From assembly GCA_025201805.1 (NCBI GenBank), contig MU619311.1, positions 14,567 to 78,566 on the forward strand: a stretch of 64,000 nucleotides of DNA, read 5' to 3'. The position numbers and the translations under genes were made by a program. Shown piece by piece: positions 11,481 to 25,204 of this stretch. Origin of the DNA: Parasitella parasitica NRRL 2501. Its lineage: Eukaryota > Fungi > Mucoromycota. Each line of letters opens with the position of its first letter. Within the stretch, counting starts at the first letter, position 1. Under the pieces are notes generated by a model, which was not told the origin of the DNA, ran no database searches, and worked only from the letters and a program-made list of their open reading frames with translations.

Positions 11481-12723
11481 ATGAACGATTTCAGCTATCC
11501 ATCAATGCCAAATGTCATGTCAAAAGTTGGCGGAATTCTTTATCCAGAAACAGCACCATTTGCTCGTCCTAATTCTATGAATAAATTCAATTCATTCTCC
11601 CAACCACAAGTGTATGACCAATGGAGAAGCAATTCTTTGCCATCCTCGGTTTCCACGACACTACCAACAAATGCAAACGTTCAAAATAACATCAATAGCA
11701 CGAATACCAACTCGAATGATAATAGCAGCAATCCTACCGCTAATCCTGTTTCTTGTGATCTGCAAGAAATCATTGTCTATTATCAATCTCAACCTGAACT
11801 ATTGCGTTTAATTTTATTGAGTAAAGTTGAAGAAGATAAAAGAAGGACTGAGGAAGCCAAGTTGAGAGTCAAAGAGCTCGACATGTTCTTGCTTCAGCAA
11901 CAACAGCAAATGACGAACAGAACACCTCAAACACCGGATGCAATTATTGATACCAATTCCTGTAATATCTTGAATAACTCAACTACAACAACTGCGACAA
12001 GCACCCCTACTGCTACGCCCACGTCAAATAATCTGCTAAATACAAATCAATTTGGCCAAGCTTCAAAAAGACCTAGTGTTTTAGAAATGTTGATGGACGA
12101 CTCTGATTCCAATCGCCGTGATTCAGCACTTGGTTCTTCTTTTGATGACAGTGCTAATTCTGATGAAATCGATGATCGTACATTCAGTCCTAACTCTACA
12201 GCAGCAGCAGCATCTATGCTTTCAATGAGGTACGTATATCTTGCCGTATTGCCTTAATTTAGCGTCTAACTTTGTCCCATTTAGTTTCACTGCTCAACCC
12301 GTTATGCCCGCAAGAAACTCGTTCCACCCCCTTTCTCCACCTTATGCGCTTAATAATAATCAACCCGTTGAAGACACGCTTCCGTCTCATATCAAGCCAA
12401 ACACTTCGCCTCTTAAATCCACGCCTCGTTATGACTCCTATTTCCCTCAACGTCCTCGTCGAAGACGTGAAATGCAGGCTATTTCGAAGATTGTCGAAAC
12501 AAGAGATTACCCCTATATCGACGGTTTCTTCTGGAAGAATAATGGTAATACCGTTCAAAAGAAGACTGGAAACAAGAGCGTCTACTACAAATGCTCCAAT
12601 AGTAGTAAGGGCTGTCCTGTAAACAAGACTGTTACCTGGAAAGAGAACGGCGAATATCTGATTAAATACAGAGGAGAACATCTCGCTGAATGTGGCAAAG
12701 TTCAACGTATTGTCGACATGTAA
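11481..12723 (+). CDS. Fungal-type WRKY transcription factor
   Basis: DGFFWKNNGNT...YYKC-x6-C...H-x3-C at the C-terminus; intron 12230-12284 joins the two ORFs in frame. Confidence 0.9.
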
Positions 12724-13788
12724 TTTTTTGTCGTTTTGTAATTCCCTTTGTAAATATATCTTTAAATCATATAGCACTCCCCCCTTCCCCTTTTTTTCTC
12801 TTCTCCATTCTCATATTTGTAGTAATAGTTTCATGGCATAGCTTTATAAATCAAAGAAAAAAAATATCTAGAGCGGGTTCTCTTTTGTATATTTTTTTCT
12901 TTTCATCCATTTATTTTTATTCGCATAGAGCGCTTCGCAAATTCGTATCATGACGCTCAGCATCTAAATAATTCAGCTTCGATTCTTTACAAAATTCCAA
13001 AACATATGGCCATCTCATTTGAATTCTTCTCCGAGGTTAATCGGCTGTCATTTTATGCTTGATTTGTAATATCCACACTTCCGTTTTGTCTCTTGTGAGA
13101 TAGTGAGTATGATTATTTCCTAGATGTTGACGCTTTCGGCATTCATATAAAATGCCATGTTTCATTATTGATTACTATGTTGGACCTGAATAATAGCAAC
13201 TGTTTTTATTGTTTCATTCGGTCTATGTTCACGATATTATATAGAAATAAGTCATCAAGACGTGGTTAGTGTAGCTCATTGTTTCTATACTGTAACAACA
13301 AAATAAATCTAGGAACAAACTGATTTGATTTTGACTGTTCGAATCATCAAGTTGATTTACCATTAGCCTCCATCTATGACACTAATAAGCAGTACGAACT
13401 GGCGTTGAAAAATAGAAAGCAAGCAAAGCAACATCCCCAAGGCCAGGAGTAAAACCCAAATTTGGGTTTTTGAAACTGTTCAATTGATGGCTCATCCAAT
13501 TACTTTTTGAATGGGGCAAATACCTATCTCGGTCACACCCGTAGAATTGAATAACAAGTTAGCTCGCTCAACCTGTCTATTTTCAACTCTTAAATTTTGG
13601 GATAACTTGTATTAATTACACAAACATACACAGACAGCGTTTTCATTGAGGATAAAAAAAAATATCCCCACAAATTCAATACTGGCTCCTCTCTTTTCCC
13701 TTTTTACTGTCGTTTCTGTTTGCTTATCTTTTTCTACTCAGGCTTTCCTTTTTGTTATTCTTCTTTCCATTTTACATTTTAATCAGCT

Positions 13789-16317
13789 ATGTTTGCTACA
13801 CTTGAATTACCACTCAGAGGTATATATACATGTAAAAATAGAAATTTCAAAAAACGTATGATTAATCCTGTGTGTTTTGTATTTTAGATGATAGTAGGCA
13901 TAAGAGATTAAAAGTTGGAAGAGCATGTCATCCTTGTAGAATGAAGAAAATAAAGGTGAGAGAATAAAATAAAAATAGAAATGGATTATAGCTTTGAAAT
14001 ATGCTTACATATAAAATTATAAATTCGCAAGTGTGATGGAAAGCAACCATGTATGCAGGTACTGTTTAATTTTTTTTTTATGTAATATCATTAGCATATT
14101 AACTTGTTCATTTACTAGTGCAAAGGTTATTATTCAAATACATTAATCAAAAATGCTTTTGTTGACATTTTTCTTGTAGCAAGAAGACGCAAATGTATGT
14201 ATTTAAAGAACCCTGATGAAACATATATACGTTTGGATCCAGTAAATGAGCCCACACCATCCAAAGTCGACAATACTACTGCAGCTGCTATATCGGAATC
14301 TTATTTTCAGGACATTGGCGATCGAGCTCAGTCAAAACAGCAACATCTAAATGGCACAAATTCACCCTCTCGGGACGACAGCAGCAAGATATTTGCCCAA
14401 GATCAGCCAGACAACCTATTCGCTAGCCATTCCCCACACAGTCCATCATCCATATCGACCCAATCAGCCTCTCAGCCTGCAACAAGACCAGACAAGATGA
14501 TTGAACAATTAACTGATGGTCTGGTCCGTTTAACGTTACATCACGACGCTTCAAAGTTGGGAAACGAAAATGTTACGCCATGGAGGAGCTATGGTGAATT
14601 TGTACGATGGACGCCTGAGCCTCATCTTCCAACATACTACACAGCACCCATCGACATGCCATCTCGGCCTACCCAAGAGCATCTAATCAGCGTTTTTTTT
14701 GATGAATGCCACCACATATTGCCGACACTATCAAGGTCCATGTTTTACGATCAACTCAAAATTAAGGGACCCCTCGTGACACCACTCCTACTGAATATCA
14801 TTTATGCGCATGCCGCAAAGCGCATCAACAATCCTGCTTTTCGCTCAGAACAGAACAATCCCTCGACACAGGGTGATTTGTTTTATAACCGTGCTAAACG
14901 TTTAGTCGATGATTTTTTGGATATACCTCGGATTAGTACAGTGATTGCTTTGTTGTACATGGCACTATATGATTGCGATCACATACCTCAAGGCGGTACT
15001 CGCATTAGATCAAGTCGCGCTTGGATGTATAGTGGAATGGCTATACGTATGTGTTTTGAATTGGGTTTACACACTGCGAACTACAGTAGTCAAATGTCTC
15101 AGTGCGATATCGAACTGCGTAAAAGAGTGCTGTGGACTTGTTTTGTCATGGATAAGTTGGAAAGCTGCACAATGGAAAGACCTTGGATGCTAAAATCAAA
15201 GGATATTGCGTTGGATTTCCCTACTCCCTTACCCGAGGATTCTTTGCCAGAAAGACTGGTACTGGAAGGATTCAATCAACTGTGCAGACTCATGATTTTG
15301 ACAGAAAAAGTCATTCATTTCTTCACCTACGATATGAAGAATCTGAGTCTTTGGACGATCAGCGAAGAAAACCAGATTTTGCAGTATCTGGATGCTATTC
15401 ATCAGTGGAGAGACATGCTGCCGAGTGAATTGCAATGGACCACACCTGCCAATAACTCCGGCGTACAGCGATTTATGCCCGCTGTGCCCTTGTCAGCTGT
15501 TGTTGCAAATCTTCACCTCGTCTGTTACGATTTAGAACTTTCACTCATCATGTGTTGCCGTTATCAAGACGAACATTTACACCGTGAAAGACGCAGAACT
15601 CTCGCAAATACCATTACACACATCGTTTCTTTAACTGTTCAGCATCAACACCTCATGTACACCTTTGCAGTGTCCACATTTTCTGGCATTTTTGCTGCCT
15701 TGACGCATGCCGTCGATTTTGACAATCAACATTTGGATGTGTCTGAAGGCGCAAAGCTGCAATTTAGAAAGAGCTTGGAAGATGTACGGTTGATTGTGGA
15801 GCGCATCCCCATGCGAGATTTGCGCGATTTTGCTCGACTTGTGGATTTGACACTGCAACCCAATACACAGATGATGGGCAATACCATTTCTGTGCCTCCC
15901 AATGCGTATGCATCCGCGTTTTCTGCTATTAGTGACCTATGTCGTAAGGATAATGGTAGTAGTAGTAATAGCATCGAGCCAAATGCCAGTGTGTACTCTC
16001 AACAACACGAGGTAATCGAAAATGGAGCAGGTTATGGCTCAGCTTCGCCAGAAAGACGTAGATCACCATTCCCCAACAATCCAATGATATCTGGTCAGTT
16101 TGCTTTTGACGCCTGTTATCAACAGCAAGCTAGTAGTACATCATCGCCGTCAGGCAGCGTGTCTGCTGCAGCAGTAGCAGCGGCGGCAGCGGCTGTTGGC
16201 GCAGTGGGAACTCCAAGTGCACAATCAGGACCGACAAACAAGAGCATTGAACCAGCAGACTATACATTTGAATTAATCTCTGTTGCAGATGAATGGGCAA
16301 GATCACTTATATATTAG
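13789..16317 (+). CDS. Zn(II)2Cys6 transcription factor with fungal-specific TF (middle homology) domain
   Basis: Spliced N-terminus RACHPCRMKKIK|CDGKQPCMQ|CK|ARRRKC; later AWMYSGMAIRMCFELGLH and ELRKRVLWTCFVMDK. Confidence 0.93.
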
Positions 16318-16814
16318 TATCGTTTTTTTTTTTGGCTTCTTTTTTTTTGTCGTATGTATATTAAATCTCGTTTTTGTTAATTTTCCCTCTTCACCATCCC
16401 TTATTTCTTTTTCTTTTTTTTTATCCTAATACTACCATCCTCATGTATTTATATAAAAGATATATAGCAGTAATATTAATATCATCAAGGAAAAAGTCGC
16501 AAACTTCTTTAGTAGTTTTGATACCATACGAGACAAAAGGAGACCTTGAAGAAGCGATGGAATGTTTACATGTGGGTGCACCCGTCTTGCTTTTGCATTA
16601 GATTTCTGTTGTCAGTATAGAGACTTTTTTTTTTTACATGTATACAAATAAATGCAACCAAGAAGCAGATCTTTCACATCTTGCCCTTGAATCTCCTTGA
16701 ATTATACTACATGACATCTGATTAAAGTGACAACAGCCCTGATTCAGATAAAAAAGCGTCGATTCATATTTTTTTTTCTTTTTTTTTTTGTCTTGTCTTT
16801 TCATTACATTTACA

Positions 16815-18514
16815 ATGCTCTTGAAATCCGCCTTAAGTCTTACATTGGTTGCCTCTCTAATCAACGCTGCTGTCATCATTCCGAATATCCATAAGCGCGG
16901 TGAAGGAGCATCTGGCAAATTTGTCCATGTAACAGGTATGTGCTATATGCGTATACGTCGCTTCATCTATACATTGAATTGAGCCTAACATGTCATACTA
17001 AAATAGACTTTCATTTCGATCCCCATTACGTCGAGGGCGCCTCTGTCTCGAGCTTCTGTCACCGTAAAGATGGTGAAAATGACAAAGGTATTGCAGGGAA
17101 ATTTGGTACCTTGGGAAGTAAATGTGATGCTCCAAAAGCTCTAGTACGTGAAAAAATTATTCGCTGCCATGCAAATGTATTTATCCTTTTAATATGTCTG
17201 TTTATAGATTGACGCCACATTCGAGTTCCTTAAAGAACAAGCATCAGATGCAGATTTTGTTATTTACACGGGTGATTCTGTTCGTCATGTATGCATACAT
17301 AGAGATCGTATTGAATTGAATTTTAACAACATTATAACATATAATTCATAGGATCGTGATTTATTCGAAATGAGAAGCGACGAAGAAGTCAAATCTACTC
17401 AAGAACTCTTGGTTAAATACTTTACATCTACTTTTTCCAAGGTAATCCCTGTGCTTGGCAATAATGATGTCGAGACACACAACAACATCATGGCCTATGA
17501 TGACCAATACCTTGAGTTCATGTCCACTTGGGCTCCATTTAATCTTAATCTCGGCCAAGACTTTATTCGAGGTGGCTACTACGTACAGGAGCTTGCACCC
17601 AATTTGCGTACCATCAATACCAATACCATGGACTTTTTCAAAAAGAATGAGCTTCTGTATACTGACTGTGATGTTCCTGGCCCAGGAAGAAATCAATTAG
17701 ACTGGCTAAGAAAGTCTTTGGAAGATACTCGTGCCTCGAAATCAAAAGCTTATATTCTGTATGTATCCCCCCGATCTTGCCTGTTCTCATTTGACTAACG
17801 GCTTCTTTTTTTTATTTTATTTTTCATCAAGTGCTCATGTACCACCAAACAGCAAAAAAGACAAACATTTTTACAAGGATAGATGCTATAATGAATATTA
17901 TAGTCTGTTAGGCTCTTATTCAGATGTGATTTTAGCTCATTTCTCTGGCCATTTCAACTGTAGGCTAAATCAACTAATTTATTTTAAATGAATGAAAACT
18001 AACGCTCTGACTAGATGATCAATTGACAGCTGTATTGCAAAATAAACAGGACGGTACCTACACTAGAGTAGCTGCCCTGGGAGAGGAGGAGGTTCCCATG
18101 ACAGCCGAGGAATTAGAGATATATAAAGTAGTGGGTGTTCTTTTCAATGCACCTTCTATTGTCCCTCAACAGAACCCTGCAGTTCGAATCTATACGTATG
18201 ACACAGAGGGAACACAGTAAGTCGTGATTTCAGAAATTTTTTTTAGAGTGCTTGTATGCTAATCATGCATATGCAGATACCCGTATGGCACTATCCTTGA
18301 TTGGGATCAATATTATGCCAACCTTGAAGAAGCAAATCAAAGTGGCACTTTAAAGTACAAACTAGAATACACAGCCTCAAAACTGTATAATGTCGACCGC
18401 TTTGACGCTAGTGGGCTACAAAGTGTATTTGAAGCAATTTCACTAGATGAAACTGTTCGCCAACAATACACTGCTTTCCGTGCTGTAAACGTTGATAAAG
18501 CAGCAGAGATTTAA
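16815..18514 (+). CDS. Secreted calcineurin-like metallophosphoesterase (endopolyphosphatase PPN1 / acid sphingomyelinase-like)
   Basis: Signal peptide MLLKSALSLTLVASLINA; motifs VTDFHFD, YTGD, LGNND, AHVPP, SGHFN, NPAVRIY across exons. Confidence 0.88.
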
Positions 18515-18690
18515 GCTTTTTTTTTTTTTTTTCAGCTAAATTAATTATAATTTATTTATTTTTTTTACAGAGGAAAAATATTTATGTTGTATATTTGTAT
18601 GTGTGTTTGCGTGTTGACGATGTGAATTGTGTTGTTGGTGCTGATTTTTACAAGAAGGGTTATCTATATTTGCTTTTTTTTGTATTTATT

Positions 18691-19783
18691 TTACTCTTCA
18701 TCATCACTGTCTACTTTCTGCTTTTTTGATGATTCAGCGGCGTCTTCTTTTTCATTAGCGCCTCTCTTTAAACCCTTCATCTTTCTGGTTTGAATCTTAT
18801 CAATTTCTTGTTTGCCAAGATGAATGCGGCCATATTTATCACCCATCTCATCCACTTCGATATTCTTTGCCTTCTTGGGCTTGACTTCCTTGGCGACTCT
18901 GCAAGCAGACTTCCAAATGTCTTGCTTGGGAACAGATGTACGCTTAATTTTCAAGTCGTAACTGGGACCCATCTCTTCCAATTCGACGCGGGGTGTTTTG
19001 AGTCCACTCTTCTTCATTTGAATAGCATAAGTCCGGAAAAGGATACGATCGTCAGGCGTAGCAGTCAAGCTAACAACATGCTCTAGACCGGCCAAGTTGA
19101 CGGCATCTGTTTCTTCACCATTGAAGAAATCCAAAAAGTAGTTTTTGATATACTTACACTTTTCATCAGATTCAAAACGATCACCGTTAAAGATCATCAA
19201 GGGCTTCAAGCCTAGCGAACACTTGGGGCCCTATCGAAAAAATATTGGCATTTGTATAATCACACCGCTTGTGTACATATTACTTACAGGAAGAGAGCCC
19301 ATAGATTTGGGATTCTCAATGCTAAATTCATACATATCCAGCAATTGATGATTGTACATGCGAATAAAAGTCAAATTGTGTGGCCTCTTCTTGGAATGAG
19401 TGCCAACAACTAAATGAGCTGAGTCGTTTTTCTGAGAGAAAAACTCGAGCTTTTCATCATCTTCAAAGGGTTTGATCTCATTCTTCTTACTAAAGTAGAT
19501 GGCATTGGGACGCTTCAATGCGTACTAAAACAACAGTCAGTGGGCAACTTATTGTCGTCATTACCATACACACTTACCAAATCTTTCAATGCATCATTCA
19601 CAATTTGGCTTGTAGAGGAACCCCGCACAACCAAAGTGTTCTTGGGATTTTCATGGACCTTGGCTTCACGATTCTTCAAAAAACGCTTCGTGCGAGCATT
19701 TTTAGCCTTACTGTAGTAGATGTCAGTAAATGAAAGTCGGTTAGGGGGTTTGTTTTAGCAGAATCTTACACTGTACGCAACAT
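18691..19783 (-). CDS. RPF2: Ribosome production factor 2 (Brix domain)
   Basis: MLRTV|KAKNARTKRFL, HSKKRPHNL, PRVELEEMGPS, IQTRKMKGLK. Confidence 0.95.
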
Positions 19784-21599
19784 GATAAAATAATTTAAAA
19801 AAAAAAAAAAAAAAAAGAGAGAACATTTTAGGAAGGATGGATTAACAGTCTTTTTGCTGGTGGCTTGATAAGTGAACCATGGTGAAAGTGAGTTGGATCA
19901 TCGTCTTGCTTGCTGGATACTGCAAGTACATGATTGTTGCTTTTGGATTTGTAATCATTTAAACGAATACCCAAATACGGATTATGCTTTAGAAGGATAT
20001 ATAGCGCAGCAAATATCTAGTAAGCTATCAGGTTTTGGAGATCAATGCTCCATATTTTGTTAGTCTTTGCCTTGAAAGATGAATATTTATTATAAAGTTC
20101 ATCAAACGAATGCACCAAAATCAATGAAAATCAGTATTTTGAATGCTTATTTCTCAAGATGTAGCTTTTTAACAGTGTACAAAAAATACCAAACAATTAC
20201 TATCATTCTGATTTATTTCCTGAATTTTTGCGGATCAGGAGGATTTCAACTCAATAAATGGGCTCAGGTACCCGAATTTCTTTGAGATGAAATTTCCCCC
20301 ATAAGCAGGTACACGTTTGGGAAAATAAAAAAAAACCGCCTTAAAAGCCCAGTTGGTAGGCCATTAATGAATAATTCACTATATTTTAGGTTGGTAGTCA
20401 TTTATCCTTGAGAAACGAATGCAAAAAAATAGTTTTCAAATGACATTTTGGTCATCTTTCTAACTTTTCATGTTCCATGTACACCTACGAACCGAATTTG
20501 CCTAAGCTTACACAACAACTGATCAATCACTATATTTGGTATAGTATATTAAAGCGAGCATGAGCAGAGATGCTAGTATAATATGATGACTTTATTTAAA
20601 CATGGCAAAAGAGACAAGAATGGTGCCATTGGATGGCTAATCTTCATCCTGGTGCAGAGTGGATCAGATAAAGTGATATCCCATTGCATTTTGTTTCTGA
20701 AAATGGGGTTAAATCCTGATGAATATTCTTCCACCAAATCTACTATAATGAACATTCTATCATCCTTTGTGCTCATCTGGAATATTGCTTTACTAGTGAT
20801 TCGTAAACTCTTATCCACCAATCTCTTGTGAACTGATTCAAGGCTTATCCGACTATCCCCCATCCTAGAGCAAGGTCCTTTCGCTGCGGTGCCGTCAAAT
20901 AACTATAAATGCCTTGGAACCTTACACTAGTTTCAATCCTAATTCAATCCTGGAATAGCTAAATAAATATATTTAGTTCTAAGTGTGTTTTTTCTGTCTA
21001 TATTTTGTTGTTCTAAACATCTATGAGAATCAAAAGTGAAAAGCTAAAAGAAGGCTACGATCAAGACCAAATAAAGCCTGTTTTCATTGTTGTCTATAAA
21101 GTTATCAACGGAAATTATATGAAAACTGTATTTACTAAACACTGATATAGGCTAGGCCCACCGCTCTGAAATGGATATTCCACTTTGGAGAAAACGGGCT
21201 CTACGCTTTAACGATAGCTGAGGGCATGATTTGAGTGATCAAGAATGGGTGATAAATGGAAGGCTTATGTGAACAACAGCGAAAAAGTACCAAAGACAGC
21301 TGATGACAGCGCCAAGCAGAAATACAGCAGCATTATTATGGCCATCCTCAAGGATATTGCCAATGCCCATCCCAACATCAGCTCTTAAACCCGGCGAAGG
21401 CACTATGCCCATGCCAAAAACTCAATTACAAACAAATGCGAATTGCCGATAATCCCGAATAGCAATGTCCAGCGCAATAAATGACATCGCGTAATTTGAG
21501 CACTCAACGAGTAACTTGGAAATATTGAACAATTGAATAATTGGATACTTAAATAATGAAAAAGAGAAAAGAAGGTGTGATACCAAATACTAAGAGGGA

Positions 21600-22090
21600 G
21601 AGAAGTTTAAAGATGGGAGCACTCTAGCTGATGGGGAACTTAGGGTGGGTCAACAATAGTTTAAGAGTGATATGTACGGAATTGGCGAATAATGTCTATT
21701 ACATGGTGGCATCCGGTGTATAAAGGAATGTTGTATGAGGTAACAATTGCGAATATGACTCACAAAAAATGTTTTTCAGCAAGCTACAAAGAGAAACCAG
21801 ATGGACATATTGCGTTGGCCAGCCGTTGAGAAAGAAGGAGTGGATTGGCGTAGTAGAAAAGCGAGTTGAGGAGGGATTTTTTGAAATATTCGCATAAGAT
21901 GGTGGCCATTAAGCATGGAATAAGATAACGAATGGTGGTTTTCCAGATGAAGCATATGTCTTCAGCAGTATGTTCTTTAGAATTGGTAGGGCATAGGGGA
22001 CATAAAAGTGAAGGGACTTTATTAGACATGAGGTAGTGTACCGTAGTAGTAAAAAGTCGGGCACTTTTCAGGCCTTGTACGGGCGAATTA
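21600..22090 (-). mobile_element. Degraded LINE zf-RVT / C-terminal relic
   Basis: HYLMSNKVPSLLCPLCP...IWKTTIRYL resembles the zinc-knuckle region of L1-like ORF2; decayed downstream. Confidence 0.5.
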
Positions 22091-23026
22091 ATAGATATTG
22101 AAGGAAAGTTAACAATATAAAGCATAGGTAAACGTAGCGCAGTGGTAGGGTCAATAGAAAAGTCGTTATCGGCGCGAGCATCTGGAGTTAGGCGATACAG
22201 CGCCAATAAAAGCACAATAGAATAGAAAGAGGGATAAAAACCGAGCAAAGTGTTGCATTTAGTTGTTAAGATCATATGATATTTAGGGATCAAGTTGAAT
22301 TTGCTATATGGGATCTAGTGTCTCCACCGTCCTTTTGCGAGTAAACGGAAGGATTTACGAAAAAACACTGCAGCATTTTATCTAGAAGATAGTAACTACA
22401 TCTGAGGTCTGGCCGCATAAACCCATGCATTTGTCAAGAATACAATGTCATAGAACAAAGAAGGTATTATTTCAAGTGGATGCATTAATGGGATACAAGA
22501 ATGCCCACATCAAAGCAACCACCGTAGTTAAAACAGAAACAACTGCAGATCCCAAGATTTACAGACGCCCGATCTCACTTAATTTGTATCTTTTTGAATA
22601 TGTCTGATATTGGAACATTGAGTTTCCACACAGGCGACTACCTGGTACCTTCTTGGTTGTATTCTATAACGAGCGATGAGTAATCAGAATTAAAATTGCT
22701 GAAACTATATGTATATATTTATGAGCATATTCCCGCCAACATGTTCTAAACTAGGGTGCTGCAATTGGGCTTGTGATAGACTTCACAGCACTTTTCAATA
22801 AAAAATTTACTAGACGCAATCGCTTCCAGAACAGAGGCTGGTAACACTCGTAATAACACTAACAGCTCATTATCCACCAAATAAATATATTTTTCTTGCA
22901 AAGTATTGGACGGCATTTTACAATGTCAAGAGGGGAAGGGGGGGGGGTGTGAGTGTGTCAAATAAAGAATTTTTCAGAGCCAGGCCATTTACTCTTTCTC
23001 TGCTCATCATACGTACAACGAGAAAG

Positions 23027-25000
23027 ATGCTAAGGAGAATTACACCATTATGGCCTGCTGTTACCAGATCCATGCATCGAATGAGACATACTAATCCAGC
23101 CACTTTTAGTTATCGGCCATGTTTATCAGCAAACAGACACTCCTACACAACTGAGGCCACAGTATCAACACCGAACGTATTGCACTGGGAACGATACCGT
23201 GAACTAGTAGAGAGCAACAATGAGGAATTACCCGCAAAGGAGCTTGAAGCACTAGCTAAATCCATCCTGGTCCAAAGAAAAATCAGACCAAGCGAAGCCG
23301 TTAGTCGGATCCAAGATATTTTGAAATACATGAGCACTCGCTTGGCCAATCCTGACACCAAAGAAAGCTTCAACACATGCTGCAATTATTTGATTCGAGC
23401 CTACGTACAACTAGGAGATCTGAAAACTGCAAGAGTCGTATTTGATAGAATGGCTGCTCATGGTGATGCAAACGACATGTCAATATCAGAAGTCCTGTCC
23501 GGATTAAGATCACATGGTACGCGTGCTGAAGTTTACGAATTCCAGAGAACATTAGAGAAAAAGGGCCTATGGGCAGACAGTGGCATGTTGTACGTAAGCA
23601 TCATTTATGCATTAAGCGACTTTGGAGATATATTAGGCTGTCGTCATTTTTTCGCAGAGATGAAAAGCAAGGGACTAGCTAAAGACAATGAGGCTTACAG
23701 AGCCATCATGTCTGCGTATAAAAATGCAAATCAGCCCCAGCAGGTATTAAAGTACTTTAACGAGATGGAAAAGAAAGGCATCGAGCCCAACTTGAAAGAA
23801 TACGGCGTCTTGTTTACTGCGCTTAGCAAAGACAAGTACTACAGCGCGCACATGGTGGAGACTTATGAGACAATGAAGTCAAAAGGATTGGAGGTGCATG
23901 CTCCTTTCTACCTCGCCATGGGCTGGGATCCCTTGAAAGCGTTGCAGGAAATGAAGGATTCAAACTTTAAAATCAGTGTTCGAGATTGCAATGCAGGCTT
24001 GGCGTTTTACGTGAAAAACAACCAATTCGCTGAGGCGCTGAACGTTATGAAATGGATGAACAAGCACCAGCTCAGGATGGACAGATTCAGCTACAGTATC
24101 GTGATTGACGCATTAGCCAAAGACCAAAACTCGCCACCCGAGATTGTGTTTGATTTATACGAAGATATGAAGCGACATGATGTCACCCCCGATATAGTCA
24201 GCTTTTCCTCTCTAATCAACAACTGCTGCAAAGATCAGAATCTGGATAAGGCACTGTCAATGTTGGGTGAAATGCAGACCTACGAGATTAAGCCAAACAT
24301 CTACACATTCAATTGCATACTCAACGTCCTGTCAAGTTTGACCAAGACGTCTTGGGTCGATGTCGAGCGTGCGAGAGTTATATGGACAAAAATGATAGAT
24401 CTTGGCATCCAGCCTGACACCCGCACATGCAATATCTATCTAGCACTCGTAGGCAGACTGATCAAATCCTCACGCACTCAGCATTTCAAGCCAGAAGAAC
24501 GCCACTCGCAGACATCGCTGTGGGGGGAGTTGGAAGACACCAATCGTCATGTACCTGAAACTGTGAAAGAGATGCAGAAAATGTATCGGCATATGCGACA
24601 ACACAAGCTGGATGTCATGCAACCAGACTTTATCACGTATTCTATTGTCATCAACGCCTTGTCTGTAGCTGGTGAGATTCGATCTGCAATGCAAGTATAC
24701 GATGATGCCAAGATGAGCCGTGTTATTTTGCCCTTGTCAGCATACAACCAGATGATGGGCGCATTGCAGCGTTGTGGCAGAGTATCGGAATCAATGGGGA
24801 TTTGGCATGACATGAAGCTGCGGAGTATTTTGCCAGACAACACAACCTACAGCCTTGTGCTGGAAAATTGCGAGCAGCTTGGTTTGGTAGACTCAATTGA
24901 GAACATCCGTAGACAGCGAAAATTAGATTTTGATAGACTTGAGAGATTAGAAACAAAGAGGGAGATGCGTAGATTAGGAAAGTCTCTTAAAGCGCAATAA
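23027..25000 (+). CDS. Pentatricopeptide-repeat protein, likely mitochondrial; intronless
   Basis: Repeated 35-aa units (YRAIMSAY...MEKKGIEPN, PDIVSFSSLINNCC, PNIYTFNCIL, PDFITYSIVINAL); Arg-rich presequence-like start MLRRITPLW. Confidence 0.93.
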   Translation: MLRRITPLWPAVTRSMHRMRHTNPATFSYRPCLSANRHSYTTEATVSTPNVLHWERYRELVESNNEELPAKELEALAKSILVQRKIRPSEAVSRIQDILKYMSTRLANPDTKESFNTCCNYLIRAYVQLGDLKTARVVFDRMAAHGDANDMSISEVLSGLRSHGTRAEVYEFQRTLEKKGLWADSGMLYVSIIYALSDFGDILGCRHFFAEMKSKGLAKDNEAYRAIMSAYKNANQPQQVLKYFNEMEKKGIEPNLKEYGVLFTALSKDKYYSAHMVETYETMKSKGLEVHAPFYLAMGWDPLKALQEMKDSNFKISVRDCNAGLAFYVKNNQFAEALNVMKWMNKHQLRMDRFSYSIVIDALAKDQNSPPEIVFDLYEDMKRHDVTPDIVSFSSLINNCCKDQNLDKALSMLGEMQTYEIKPNIYTFNCILNVLSSLTKTSWVDVERARVIWTKMIDLGIQPDTRTCNIYLALVGRLIKSSRTQHFKPEERHSQTSLWGELEDTNRHVPETVKEMQKMYRHMRQHKLDVMQPDFITYSIVINALSVAGEIRSAMQVYDDAKMSRVILPLSAYNQMMGALQRCGRVSESMGIWHDMKLRSILPDNTTYSLVLENCEQLGLVDSIENIRRQRKLDFDRLERLETKREMRRLGKSLKAQ

Positions 25001-25204
25001 AAATGTAATATATAATATCAAACAGAGTTGCCTGCCAAACTCCTTGGTCGAATGCATGCCAGGAGATCCTCTCTGTTGTGGCACAGCAGTAGCACCGTAT
25101 ACACAATCAAACCTAGTGACCACTATTTGATAGACACAAAAATGCAGCACTCTCTTTTGTATTGTGCAAACATCTCTCTCTTCTTTCAGTTTAAATACAA
25201 CAAC

